A stretch of 64,000 nt of DNA from assembly GCF_006345805.1 (NCBI RefSeq), contig NC_043024.1, positions 5,146,001 through 5,210,000 on the forward strand, given 5' to 3'. This DNA is from Octopus sinensis. Taxonomy: Eukaryota. A model generated the notes under the pieces. The model saw nothing but the letters and a program-made list of their open reading frames with translations. It searched no databases and had not been told where the DNA came from. A program made the translations under genes and the position numbers. Of the stretch, positions 1 to 10,966 are shown one piece after another (position 1 is the first letter of the stretch; every line of letters starts with the position of its first letter).

Positions 1-128
1 ACGAATTTTTATAATGAATAATCCAAATGTTATGGAAAATTTTTAATCGAACCTCCTAACTGTTTCTTGCATGTATGTCCTGTATTTGTCCTTCTATGTA
101 ACGATTGTATAATCATAATAAAGAAATA
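1..128 (+). mobile_element. 3' end of Tx1-like LINE family A (continues left of the window)
   Basis: 126/128 identical to the reverse complement of 44759-44886, the 3' UTR of the RT-bearing LINE; ends AATAAAGAAATA directly before TGGAGTTAGTTCCC. Confidence 0.9.
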
Positions 129-142
129 TGGAGTTAGTTCCC

Positions 143-1823
143 TAACGTTTGACGTCGGTTGTGTTTTTCTCGGCTCGTAGAATTCGGTGAAAAAGAACAA
201 AAAGTGTTGTTGTTGTGGAGTTTTGAACTTCGGTTGATGCGGTTTCGCGTCACACTGGTTCTGCGCGTTGCACTGTTTCTGTTTGGGCGACCGTTTTCGG
301 TCTGAGGAGATTATGAGCCGCCTCTCCCTAACTGGTGAGATGGCCGGGAGGAATTTATTTGAAAGTTTGCTGGAATTGTCAACATCTGAGGAGGAGTTGG
401 AAGAAGCAGTGGCAAAAATGGACAGGAAGCTGGAAAGTACCTACGCAGGAATAATGAGGAAGTCGATAGAAAAAGAGGTGGACCTGGCTAAACTACCAGG
501 CTTCCAGAATTTTATGAAGGAGGAGGAAAACGGCGAAGTCGAGCTGTCACCTCCAGCAAAGCGGAGCGAGTGGTTCAATCGTAGAACCATAAAATATAGA
601 GTGTACGTGAATGGAGGAAGAAAGATGGAAATAGTCAATATGGAAGTTATTGAAGAGGCATTGAAACAGACTGGAGAGGAAATTGTTTACCTGACTGGAG
701 GAATGGAGTATGGAACGGTAACGGTGCAGTATAGAAGTGAGAACGTCGCCAAAAAAATAGCAGCCAAGGTGGTGAAGACCGAGAAAATATACTTACTGCC
801 CTCGTATCTAAATAGAAGGACCACAAGAATTAGGGTGGAGGGAATACCTCCACACCTAGAGGGTGAATACATAACGGCAGCGGCGATTAAGGGAAACGAG
901 GAAAAGGTGGACATCCTCCACGCCACGATGAAATACGAAGGCGTGAGAGGTGCTACCTTGGACATGAATATACAGACGGAGGCGGAAACAATGGAAAGGC
1001 TGACAGATACTATAAGAACAGGGAACATTATTATGAGAGTGTGGGTGGAGGGCAGGGCACCCAGGTGCTATAAGTCTGGCCTGAGGGGTCACATAAGAGC
1101 CTACTGCCCTCCCCCACCAAAGGAAAAGGAAATCGTTACGGAACCCCAAAAGAAGGAAGACACTAAAGAAAAGGAGAACCAAACAGAAAGGGAAGCAACT
1201 GAAGAGGAGGAGATCCAGCAAGAGTGGCAAGAAGGGATAAAAAAAAGGAAAAGAAAGAAAAAAGAAAACAGTACGAAACCCCAACCCACCCGTACCCTCT
1301 GAGTCCCATCCCTCCCCTGCAAACAGCGATTCCACCCACTCCCCGCCTACAAGAAAAACAAAAACAAATGCAGACACACAGAAAGAACAAAGTCCCAGGA
1401 CCTATTTTTTGTGTGTTGCGAGGAGAAGGGACACCCAGAACCCGAAAAGGATGGTACATAAAGACTTATGGCCCGAACATGAAGATGGTAGTTACGCGGT
1501 TTTGGAATTTGAATTTATGGAGACATTGGTGAGGAAGGGTGAGGAAGAGCGTATAAAACGGATGACAGTGCCGATGCAGGGTGAAATGATAGAGATGTAT
1601 GAAAGGAAAACGAAGAGTGTGATAGAAAAACTAGGAATTGTAATTGGAAATGGGTGATAAAGGACAGGTAAGTGATGCTGGCGGATGGGGCCGAGAGCGT
1701 CGCTTTCATATTATCATTTTTTCATTTGATAATTCATTGTTCATAAATTTAATTATAATGTTCTATGTCCCCAATGTTTTGTAATGTCCCCTCTTCGTCG
1801 CCCCTGGTAGGTAATAAAGAAAT
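143..1823 (+). mobile_element. Non-autonomous Tx1-like retroelement family B (ORF1 kept, no EN/RT)
   Basis: Flanked by direct repeat GGAGTTAGTTCCC (130-142 and 1825-1837); gag-like ORF; ends ...GGTAATAAAGAAAT; second copy at 32701-33762. Confidence 0.85.
313..1302 (+). CDS. LINE ORF1 / gag-like protein with CCHC zinc knuckle
   Basis: First ATG at 313 (the track start at 268 is a TTG); knuckle CYKSGLRGHIRAYC here and intact CYKCGLRGHIRAYC in the 32.8 kb copy; probable continuation in other frames to 1657. Confidence 0.8.
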   Translation: MSRLSLTGEMAGRNLFESLLELSTSEEELEEAVAKMDRKLESTYAGIMRKSIEKEVDLAKLPGFQNFMKEEENGEVELSPPAKRSEWFNRRTIKYRVYVNGGRKMEIVNMEVIEEALKQTGEEIVYLTGGMEYGTVTVQYRSENVAKKIAAKVVKTEKIYLLPSYLNRRTTRIRVEGIPPHLEGEYITAAAIKGNEEKVDILHATMKYEGVRGATLDMNIQTEAETMERLTDTIRTGNIIMRVWVEGRAPRCYKSGLRGHIRAYCPPPPKEKEIVTEPQKKEDTKEKENQTEREATEEEEIQQEWQEGIKKRKRKKKENSTKPQPTRTL

Positions 1824-1824
1824 C

Positions 1825-2145
1825 GGAGTTAGTTCCCGTTGTTAATTGTAAAAACTCTTCCTCATTAAGTGTATTTCTTGTTCTTGTTTCTCACGCACCT
1901 TCATTGTTTGATCAGTTCCACCTGGCAACTGATATTTAAGAGAAAATCCAATCAAATATATACAAATGATTAGTAATTAACTGTCTAAAGAAACAGATAC
2001 AGCATTTACGATTATGTGGACCTGAAAAATATTAATTAACGTTTGTTGTAGAAATCTAGAAATTCTCTTGAAGCTGTCGTTGTCCACTCTGACTCCAGTT
2101 CTCACATCTTCCTCCTTCACTATTTCTCTCCATATCTATTACTAT
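1825..2145 (+). promoter_or_regulatory. ZNF unit 1 promoter and non-coding exon 1, with retroelement target motif
   Basis: GAGTTAGTTCCC, then CCAATCA and TGATT boxes; splice donor AT|GTAAGT at 2146; acceptor TTCTTTCAG at 3798; block repeated before the other ZNF genes. Confidence 0.6.
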
Positions 2146-2784
2146 GTAAGTATTTATTTAAACATTTCTATTATATATGTGTCGTATTATGTACATTTAT
2201 TTGTTTCGATGTGTTGAGAAAGTTAAAAGAAAAAAAAATCTCACTAAGACGAAATTATACGAAAGGCTGTCATTTTAATACTTTCATTGTGTTGTCGTTT
2301 TCTTTTAGACATTTCATTGCACTTTTGGTTATTTTCTAAATTATTTGTAAAAACGTCGGATCGATCCCTTGTTTAGATAACATTTATCTTTCTTTATAAC
2401 ATGTAAATTCGACAATTTCGTTAAATGCGGGAAAATTACGATGTAATTAGTAAGAAATGGGGAATGTATAAATATACGAGTGTGCACTTGAAATACTGAA
2501 ACGAAAAGCAAATATCGTATCGAGAGAAAATGCAACGGATTTTATTTGAAACATAGGAAGTCTTTATTTCTGGTGGTTTTTCTACATCATTAAAAGTTAG
2601 AATTAATATGGTTTTCTAATGTATTTAATTTTGTGTGTGTGTGTGGAGTGCTGCTTTAAGCACCTAATATAATCCCTCGTCACATATTTTTATTTGGGGG
2701 AATTTTCAGAAATTTTTGCGTCCGAGAATTCGTTTGGTCATGCAACCAAAAAAAGAAAAAAATCTACTGCGATTTATGAGTTAT

Positions 2785-2990
2785 TTAGCTGTTATTTTTC
2801 GCACATCTCACGACCAGTATGGTAATAATTCTCTGCTTAAGTTCCTCTGGGCTTGCAGGAAGAGGGGAGACATAGACTAGGCCCTCCCTGAGAAAGAAAT
2901 GGCAAGGTGTCATTTGAACAGCACGTTGCCTTCTTCAGGACGCGCCAAACTCTTTGGAGGGATCTGGCTTTCATTCTCCACATCAACCAA
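2785..2990 (-). mobile_element. Tc1/mariner-group transposase C-terminal remnant in the ZNF intron (paralogues at 12895-13104 and 21776-22003)
   Basis: Paralogue translates to WPPRSPELTPCRFFL...PASPEELKQRI, resembling the WPPRSPDLTP.DFFLWG motif. Confidence 0.6.
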
Positions 2991-3110
2991 TAAGTTTTCC
3001 TACATTAAAATTTCCCCACTAAGGATTTTGATGCTGTAAGTGAGACATCAATATTATTTACTGACATTTATTCATCTTTTATGCTCAACAAAATATTAAC
3101 GTTGAGCTAG

Positions 3111-3152
<42 letters not shown>

Positions 3153-3159
3153 TTGTATA

Positions 3160-3460
3160 TATGGCTCCCATGCAGGTTGCATGTAAAAAGTACCATTCGA
3201 GCATGATTGATGCTAGTGCTGCCTGACTTGCACCCATGCCGGTGGCACATACAAAGCTCCTTTCAAGCATGGTCGATGCCAATGCTACCTGACTGGCTCT
3301 GTGGCACATAAAAGGCCACCGCTACATGCTCAAACAGCATCCAGCTGTAGAAATCTTGCCTGATAAGATTGAAACCTTGTTCAGCCTCATGGCTTGCCAG
3401 TCCTCAGTCAAACCTCACAAACCATGCCAGCGTGGAAAGCAGATGTTAAACGATGATGAT
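3160..3460 (+). mobile_element. RTE 3'-UTR-derived SINE-like repeat (paralogues at ~13262-13560 and ~24838-25140)
   Basis: Internal GTGGCAC repeats; ends ...GTTAAACGATGATGATGA like the RTE copy at 22133; sits beside (TA)n. Confidence 0.6.
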
Positions 3461-4227
3461 GAAGGTAGAGAAAGAGCGATGTCTGTTTTAGCAAACAAAG
3501 ATACAAGACTGCAATGAAAACATCAGAAATCTAGTGTCATTTATATGTATATTGGTGTGTGTGTGTGTGTGTGGAAGTGTGTCTATGACAGACTTTATAT
3601 TCCAGGAGTTGGTATTATAATAGATGTGTCTACTCTATGATATAAACATTTTGGTAATGCAGAAATGGGATAAATTTAATAGTTCAGATAAAGAATTACT
3701 TCTACAATTTATGAAAACAGAAATGTCGTAAATTTGCACTTTTGAATATCTGCCTTTTAAACATACTTGATGTCATATTATTTTCTATATTCTTTCAGAA
3801 AATCACATGAAATTGGCTAAAAAGTATTTTTTACTTTTAAAGAATCATCAATATGTATCATGTTTGAAAGACTCTGCAAAGATATTCTACAAACGTATAA
3901 TCCTGCTTCTATAAAAAATTGCTGAATTATAGTAAAATATTTCCTCTGAGAGAGAAAGCATTTCTTTACTTCTGTGTCTGAAATGTGCAAGAGATAATTT
4001 TCTCTTTTAAATATACTTTGATGGATTTCCAAAGAGTATTTGCGACATTTTTAAATATTGGCATTGATCACGTTTAGAAGAAATATAAGAGAAGTGATAT
4101 TTGTTTGAAATAAACTATAAAAGCAAAAAGAAGCAAAATATCCATATATTTTGATGAGAGAAGAACTATTTTTGAAAAGTTGTTGATCTGTACAACGTGA
4201 AGGTGCAATTTTATTATTCTTGAAGAG

Positions 4228-5592
4228 ATGTCTGAAGAATTAGGAAAATCATCATATGACTGTGACATCTGCAAAGAGTCATTCTTAGAAGAAAGTAAAT
4301 TCAATCAACACAAACAAATTCATAAAGAGGAAGCACCATATCACTGTACTGTCTGTGGTAAATCATTACCTCGTGCTCATAGCTTAGCTATTCACAAACA
4401 AATCCATACAGGGGACAGAGAATACCACAGTGATATCTGTGGCAAATCATTCAGTCAGGCAGTTTACTTAACCAGACACAAGCGTATTCATACAGGGGAG
4501 AAAGCATGTCACTGTGATATCTGTGGTAAATCATTCGATCATGAAGGTAACTTAACTACTCACAGACGGATTCATGGAGGGGAGAAACCATATCACTGTG
4601 ATATCTGTGGTAGATCATTCTATCATGGCAGAAACTTAACGAAACACAAACGTATTCATACAGGAGAGAAACCATATCACTGTGATATCTGTGGTAAATC
4701 ATTCTATCATGGCAGGAACTTAACTGAACACAAACGGGTTCATACAGGAGAGAAACCATATCACTGTGATATCTGTGGTAAATCATTCTCTGATGGCAGT
4801 CACTTAACTCAACACAAACGGGTTCATACAGGAGAGAAACCATATTCCTGTGATATCTGTGGTAAATCATTCTCTCATAGCAGTAGCTTAACCACTCACA
4901 AATTGGTTCATACAGAGGAGAAACCATATCACTGTGATATCTGTGGTAAATCATTCTCTATTGGCAGTAACTTAACGAGACACAAACGTATTCATACAGG
5001 TGAGAAACCATATCACTGTGATATCTGTGGTAAATCATTCTCTGATGGCAGTCACTTAACTCAACACAAACGGGTTCATACAGGAGAGAAACCATATCAC
5101 TGTGATATCTGTGGTAAATCATTCTCTGATGGCAGTAGCTTGACTCAACACACACGTATCCATACAGGAGACAAACCATATTCCTGTGATATCTGTGGTA
5201 AATCATTCTCTCATAGCAGTAGCTTAACTACTCACAAATGGGTTCATACAGAGGAGAAACCATATCACTGTGATATCTGTGGTAGATCATTCTCTGAAAG
5301 CGGCAGCTTAACTAAACACAAGCGTAATCATACAGGGGAGAAACCATATACCTGTGATATCTGTGGTACATCATTCTCTCATGGCAGTAGCTTAACAAAC
5401 CACAAACGTATTCATACAGGGGAGAAACCATATACCTGTGATATCTGTGGAAGATCATTCTCTCAAAGCAGCAGCTTAACTAAACACAAGCGTATTCATA
5501 CAGGTGAAAAAGCATATCGCTGTGATATCTGTAGTAAATCATTCTCTCAGAACAGTGGCTTAGCTCAACACAAATCTATCCATACAGGGTAG
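4228..5592 (+). CDS. C2H2 zinc-finger protein, 16 fingers (finger 3 has C->S), unit 1
   Basis: 454 aa of 28-aa repeats with TGEKPY linkers; no KRAB or other effector domain; AATAAA at 6412. Confidence 0.93.
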   Translation: MSEELGKSSYDCDICKESFLEESKFNQHKQIHKEEAPYHCTVCGKSLPRAHSLAIHKQIHTGDREYHSDICGKSFSQAVYLTRHKRIHTGEKACHCDICGKSFDHEGNLTTHRRIHGGEKPYHCDICGRSFYHGRNLTKHKRIHTGEKPYHCDICGKSFYHGRNLTEHKRVHTGEKPYHCDICGKSFSDGSHLTQHKRVHTGEKPYSCDICGKSFSHSSSLTTHKLVHTEEKPYHCDICGKSFSIGSNLTRHKRIHTGEKPYHCDICGKSFSDGSHLTQHKRVHTGEKPYHCDICGKSFSDGSSLTQHTRIHTGDKPYSCDICGKSFSHSSSLTTHKWVHTEEKPYHCDICGRSFSESGSLTKHKRNHTGEKPYTCDICGTSFSHGSSLTNHKRIHTGEKPYTCDICGRSFSQSSSLTKHKRIHTGEKAYRCDICSKSFSQNSGLAQHKSIHTG

Positions 5593-6088
5593 AAACCATA
5601 TACCTGTGATATCTATGGTAAGACGTTCTCTGGAAACAGTCACTTAGTGATACCCAAATGCATTCACACTCAAGAAAAATCAATTCACAGTGATATCTCT
5701 GGCAAATCATTTACACAATGTCATTGCTTATTTAAACAAGTCTTTCCTTATGAAGTGGGTCCATAACACAGTGATATTTGTTGTATAACATTTCCACAGA
5801 ACGACAATGGACGTATCTCATAAAGACATCCACAGAATATAGAAACTATATGAATGTGACATCTATAGTAAATCTTTGACATGAAATCATCCATTATTGA
5901 ATCAAAAGAGCATTGACAGAGGAAGGAAAACATATCACTGTGATGTTAAACCTGAATCATTCTTTCAAAATGGTGAATTAATTATACACAGTCCTGTTAA
6001 TATGAAGAATATGCCATACCCTAAGATATCTGATAATGATCAATTATAACATAAATGAATTCAAATAAAAGAGGAACCATATCACTAC

Positions 6089-6300
6089 GATGATGATGAT
6101 CCTCATCATTTAACATTCACTTTTACATTCTTCTATGGATCAGATTGAATTCATTGATACCTTCCCTGTTTCCAAGCAAGGAAATATTTTCCCTGGTGAG
6201 ACATTTTTTACACAGAAGACTGGAAATGAACAACTACACAAGTATGACGGTCATGATGGCCATTTACGGACACCACATAATATCTGGAAAAGGGTGCACA
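6089..6300 (-). repeat. Old RTE-tailed SINE-like insertion in the ZNF 3' UTR (in every first-subfamily 3' UTR preserved here)
   Basis: GATGATGATGATCCTCATCATTTAACATT... to ...ACACACAC block recurs at ~10.6, 16.1, 27.6, 31.3, 34.9 and 40.6 kb. Confidence 0.55.
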
Positions 6301-6509
6301 CACACACACTTATGTATGTCTGAAGATTTTCTTATAAGAAATATCTTACATGTTCTCTACACATCTAATAGTTTGTAATTCCTATTAGGAAATGAAACAC
6401 ATGTAATGCTGAATAAATAATATTAAACTTTTCTCCACTGTCCTTATGTGTTATGTAATTACTCTGCAAAAAATATCATCCAAACCGCCCACAAAAATAA
6501 TATATTTAT

Positions 6510-6948
6510 AGACTGTAAATCCTTGAGTATAATCCGCATTTTTCCCAAAATTTATCGGTCAAAATCCCTAGTGCGTACTATACACAAGGTTAAAAATGAA
6601 AAATATTTTCTAAGCTATGTCTGAGTCTCTATTTTGCTGTCAGGCGCGAAAATACCTTAAGCTAAGCCTGAAAGCAATGAAGTCACAAAATAATCATCCA
6701 TAACTTGCAATAAGCAACATTTATTAAAATAAAAGTATTCAGAACACAGAATAACATGTAACAAAAACAATTTGCAAACATATTTACATTCCCATATAAC
6801 AGTTAAGAACATCACCATTATTGTATTATGCATGCGTGGAAGTGTTTGTTTGACTAGGTGCTGCTGGCTTAATGATGCACGACTCAAGTTAGAGAAGGGG
6901 TGTGTATTATACACAAGGATTAGGTGTTATACTCGAGGATTTACGGCA
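6510..6948. mobile_element. Tc1/pogo-type MITE
   Basis: Imperfect TIRs CTGTAAATCCTTGAGTATAA / TTATACTCGAGGATTTACGG, flanked by TA. Confidence 0.55.
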
Positions 6949-6989
6949 TATATATATATATAGTAACGAGCTTGTTTGTGGTGAAAGTT

Positions 6990-7285
6990 GGTGTGCATCA
7001 GGGATGTGTGTTGTTACCATTGTTGTTTGCAATAGTGGAGAAGGAGAGTGCAAGAAAGAGACTGTAAATGGAGATACTGTATGCAGATGACCTTGTTCTG
7101 ATGAGAGAGAAGTTTTGGAAATGGAAGGAGGCATTTGAAAGCAAGGGTTTGAAGGTAAACCTAAGGGAGAGAAAGGTGATAGTGAGTGGGGTGGAAGAAG
7201 TGTTGGTGAGTAAGGTGGATCCATGTGGTATGTGGGAGGAGGGTAATGGCAAATGCAGTGTTGTGTATGACGTGATAACATTGGA
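6990..7285 (+). mobile_element. Degenerate RTE reverse-transcriptase fragment
   Basis: EILYADDLVL...WKEAFESKGLKVNL, homologous to the RT at 23531-24349. Confidence 0.7.
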
Positions 7286-7440
7286 AAAATCCACATTTTT
7301 CATTAAAAAAATTAGGACCTGGGTTTGCACTCCCTTAGCAAATTTTGTTGCTGGGCCATTGTTCATATGTGTAGGTAAAATATGTAAAAGAAGAAAATGA
7401 GATTTCACATGCACACATGAAGCTTGTAAGAACAAGTATT

Positions 7441-7748
7441 GGATCTCTTCAGTTTGAACGGTAGTTTTTTCTAGTGGTGTCATATGAAGTTGTCACTCAT
7501 AATTATGACCCTAGTATCGATCTATTGCATTTTAATCTATTTTAAGGTTAGGGGTGGGGGGAAGGGTATCTTTTTTTCTTCACAAATGTAAATAAACCCA
7601 ATCTGTTTCTTAAACGAGGGACATATTCATACGGCACAGAATGTTTTTTTACCCCAATAGATGTCATTGATTGGTTGAAATTGCAAAAATTGAAGAAAAA
7701 ACGACAAATATCTTACAAACCATAGAATTTTCTCAATAAAGCCAAGAG
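7441..7748. mobile_element. Truncated GGATC-TIR MITE
   Basis: Starts GGATCTCTTCAGTTTGAACGG; matches the full copies; fused at ~7749 to foldback-type subrepeats. Confidence 0.7.
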
Positions 7749-8060
7749 AAAGGGGTGGGGGAGAGGCCTCGGGTAATTTCACATCTTCACTCCACGGCCT
7801 TTAAGCTAAGAAAAAAATAGTGTAATTGGTGTAAAACTACTTGTTCTAAATGATTATCATGAATCATAATCTCCGTATTTTTATACGTATTTCGCAAAAA
7901 AAAAAGAAAGAAGGTATTATTTCCCGGAAACGAAATGGAAAAAAAAAATTAGTGGAACTGGTGTAAAAAAAAAAAAAAGAGGGTAGGGAACGAATCTGAA
8001 AACAAAAAGGCCCGGAAAGCAACGAGGGTGGGGAGAGGCCTTCGGAATTTTCACAAGATC
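7749..8060. repeat. Fragment related to the TIR of the 19.8-21.7 kb foldback element
   Basis: Shares GGGGTGGGGGAGAGGCCTCGG...TTCACATCTTCA...CCACGGCCTTTAA with 20220-20340. Confidence 0.65.
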
Positions 8061-8337
8061 CGAAGTTTTTCCCTCATAACTTTAAAATGGGTTTTTAAAA
8101 ATGAAATTTTATATAAATACCTTTCAGACGGTATAGATTACGATTATAAAGAAATTTGTGGGGAAAATCTTTTCCAAGGGTGTAGGGTAGAGGACTTCGG
8201 ACGATTCACAAGATCCGAGTTTTTCCCTCGTAACTTTGAGGAAAATATAATCCTTTTGAAATTACAAATTAGGCTTTTCCTCAGGAACTTCGATGCTAAA
8301 CATCCCTTTGAAGGGTTCAGGTCTTTACTTCTACCGT

Positions 8338-8379
<42 letters not shown>

Positions 8380-8382
<3 letters not shown>

Positions 8383-9125
8383 ATCATCATCATCGTTTAA
8401 CGTCCGTTCTCCATGCTAGCATGGGTTGGACGGTTCGACCGGGGTTCTGGGAAGCCAGAAGGCTGCACCAGGCTCCAGACTAATCTGGCAATGTTTCTAC
8501 AGCTGGATGCCCTTCCTAACGCCAACCACTCCGTGAGTGTAGTGGGTGCTTTTTATGTGCCACCTGCACAGGTGCCAGGCGAGGCTGGCAACGGCCACGG
8601 TCGGATTGGTGTATTTTATGTGCCACCGGCACGGAAGCCAGTTGAGGCGGTGCTGGCATCGGCCACGAGTCGGATAATGCTTTTTACGTACCACCAGACC
8701 AGGGATCCTGGCTGGTTCAATTCGATTTCGATTTCGCTTGCCCCAACATGTCTTCACAAGCAAAGGGGGTTGGCATGGGTGCCTGTCGTACGGTCGCATT
8801 GGAGTATTTTACGTGCCACGGCCACGAGTCGGATAGTGCTTTTTACGTACCACCAGACCAGGGTTCCTGGCTGGTTCAATTCGATTTCAATTTCGCTTGC
8901 CCCAACATGTCTTCACAAGCAAAGGGGGTTGGCATGGGTGCCTGTCGTGCGGTCGCATTGGAGTATTTTACGTGCCACGGCCACGAGTCGGATAGTGCTT
9001 TTTACGTACCACCAGGCCAGGGATCCTGGCTGGTTCAATTCGGTTTCGATTTCGATTTCGCTTGCCCCAACATGTCTTCGCAAGCAGGGGGGGTTGGCAT
9101 GGGTGTAGCAGGGGGGGTTGGCATA
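8380..9125 (-). mobile_element. 5'-truncated RTE LINE (3' UTR only, with internal tandem repeats) in (TA)n
   Basis: (TA)n at 8340-8379, then CATCATCATCATCGTTTAACGTCC; homologous to 22133-22780; ~160-bp internal unit repeated about 3 times. Confidence 0.75.
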
Positions 9126-9305
9126 TGAAATGCTTAGCAGTATTTTGTCTGTCTTTACGTTCTCAGTTCAAATTCCGCCAAGGTCGATTTTGCCCTTCAT
9201 CCTTTCGGGGTCAATAAGTTAAGTACAAGTTATGTACTGGGATCAATCTAATTGACTGGCCCTTCCTCAAAAACTTCGAGCTTTGTGCCTTAGAGTAGAA
9301 AAGAA
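9126..9305 (+). mobile_element. 5'-truncated tRNA-derived SINE
   Basis: B-box-like AGTTCAAATTCC and central CCTTCATCCTTTCGGGGTC shared with 39601 and 58304. Confidence 0.65.
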
Positions 9306-9667
9306 TGTTGATACTTTACTGACTTTTTTTCATGTTTCATGCCTAACAAAATTTTGACATTAAGCTGCCCGTATCTATGTATTTGTGTATTTACGAATGT
9401 ACAGAATGAGGCAGAGGAGGAGTGATGTCTATGTTACCAAACAAAGCTGTGGTAATACGACACATGACTGAGGTGAAACCATCAGATATCTAGTGTCATT
9501 GACATGTATATTGGTGTGTGTCTAGTACAAACGCAATGTCCAGGAGGTGTTATTACGATAGATGTGTCTGTGATATAAACCTCTTGAAAATAGAGAGATG
9601 GGATGAATATAATAGTTCAGATAAAGAATTACTTCTACAATTTATGAAAACCTTTGAATATATATGT

Positions 9668-10045
9668 ATAGGAGTGGCTGTGTGGTAAGTAGCTTGCTAA
9701 CCAACCACATGTTCCGGGTTCAGTCCCACTGCGTGGCATCTTCGGCAAGTGTCTTCTGCTATAGCCCTGGGCCGACCAATGCATTGTGAGTGGATTTTGT
9801 AGACGGAAACTGAAAGACGCCTGTCGTATATATGTATGTGTGTGTGTGTTTGTCCCCTTAGCATTGCTTGACAATCGATGCTGGTGTGTTTACGTCCCCG
9901 TCAAATAGCGGTTCGGCAAAAGAGACCGATAGAAAAAGTACTGGGCTTACAAAGAATAAGTCCTGGGGTCGATTTGCTCGACTAAAGGCGGTGCTCCAGC
10001 ATGGCCGCAATCAAATGAATGAAACACGTAAAAGAATAAAAGAGC
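9668..10045 (+). mobile_element. tRNA-headed SINE, second family
   Basis: GGAGTGGCTGTGTGGTAAG head, GGTTCAGTCCC box, (GT)n, tail GGCGGTGCTCCAGCATGGCCGCA...AAAAGAG; copies at 39920-40295(-), 56970-57420 and 58678-59435. Confidence 0.8.
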
Positions 10046-10243
10046 ATATATATTTTTTTATATATATATTTATATATGAATATGTGAATTATTAAAAATT
10101 TCCATATGTGCAGCCAAACAGAAAAGATTCGGCAGGATTGGTAATAATGACAATAATAATAATTTATGAGACAGAATTATCAAAGAAACATCTTTCACAA
10201 AATCCCAAATCTATAAAGTAGAGCCGCAATTCTTTGAAGACTG

Positions 10244-10966
10244 GAGTTAGTTCCCGTTGTTCATTGTCAAAACTCTTCCTCATTAAGTGTATTTCTTGTT
10301 CTTGTTTCTCACGCACCTTGATTGTTTGATCAGTTCCACTTGACAACTGATATTTAAGAGAAAATCCAATCAAATATATACAAATGATTGGTAATTAACT
10401 GTCTAAATAAACAGATACAGCATTTACGATTATGTGGACCTGAAAAATATTAATTAACGTTTGTTGTAAAAACCTAGAAATTCCTGTATGAATTGGTTAA
10501 ATTACTATCATCAGAAAATGATGTACCACAGATACATATTGCTAAATCAATCTATGAAAATGATCAATTATTGAAATGTAAATGCATTCATACAGAAGAC
10601 GAACCACGATGATGATGATCCTCATCATTTAACATTCTCCTATTCATGCTTCTGTGGATCAGATGCAATTCATTGATGGAGATTTTCTACATCTGGGTAC
10701 CTTTCTTGTGACCAATCCTCACCTGTTTCCAAGCAAGAAAATATTTTCCCTGCTGAGACATATTTTACGCAGAGGACTGGAAGTGAACAACTGCACAAGT
10801 ATGACGGTCATGATGGCCCTTTACGAACATCACATAATATCTGGACAAGGGTACACACACATGTATGTCTGGAGAATTTCTTCAAGGAAATCTTTTACAC
10901 TTTTTCTCTACATGTAAATGTTTGTAATTCCTATTGGGAAATGAAACACATGTAATGCTGAATAAA
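10244..10966 (+). pseudogene. ZNF 'ghost' unit: promoter joined to 3' UTR, coding exon lost
   Basis: Empty target and promoter (10244-10460), a ~55-bp inverted finger remnant, then the 3' UTR with AATAAA at 10961. Confidence 0.75.

Noticed and set aside
129-142. Target motif as part of an snRNA, 5S or tRNA gene
   Set aside because: No recognisable similarity to U1, U2, 5S or a tRNA cloverleaf from memory; a covariance-model search would settle it
4556-5206. Antisense ORFs [12 protein letters not shown]... (also at 41645, 41981, 48496, 48855 and 61264)
   Set aside because: Shadow frames of the repetitive finger codons
4228-5592. 84-bp periodicity resembling a CRISPR-like array
   Set aside because: It is the C2H2 finger repeat in eukaryotic DNA; no cas genes
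6135-6323. Recurrent small ORF MDQ.EFID... after each ZNF gene
   Set aside because: Lies in an old 3' UTR repeat; the frame differs between copies
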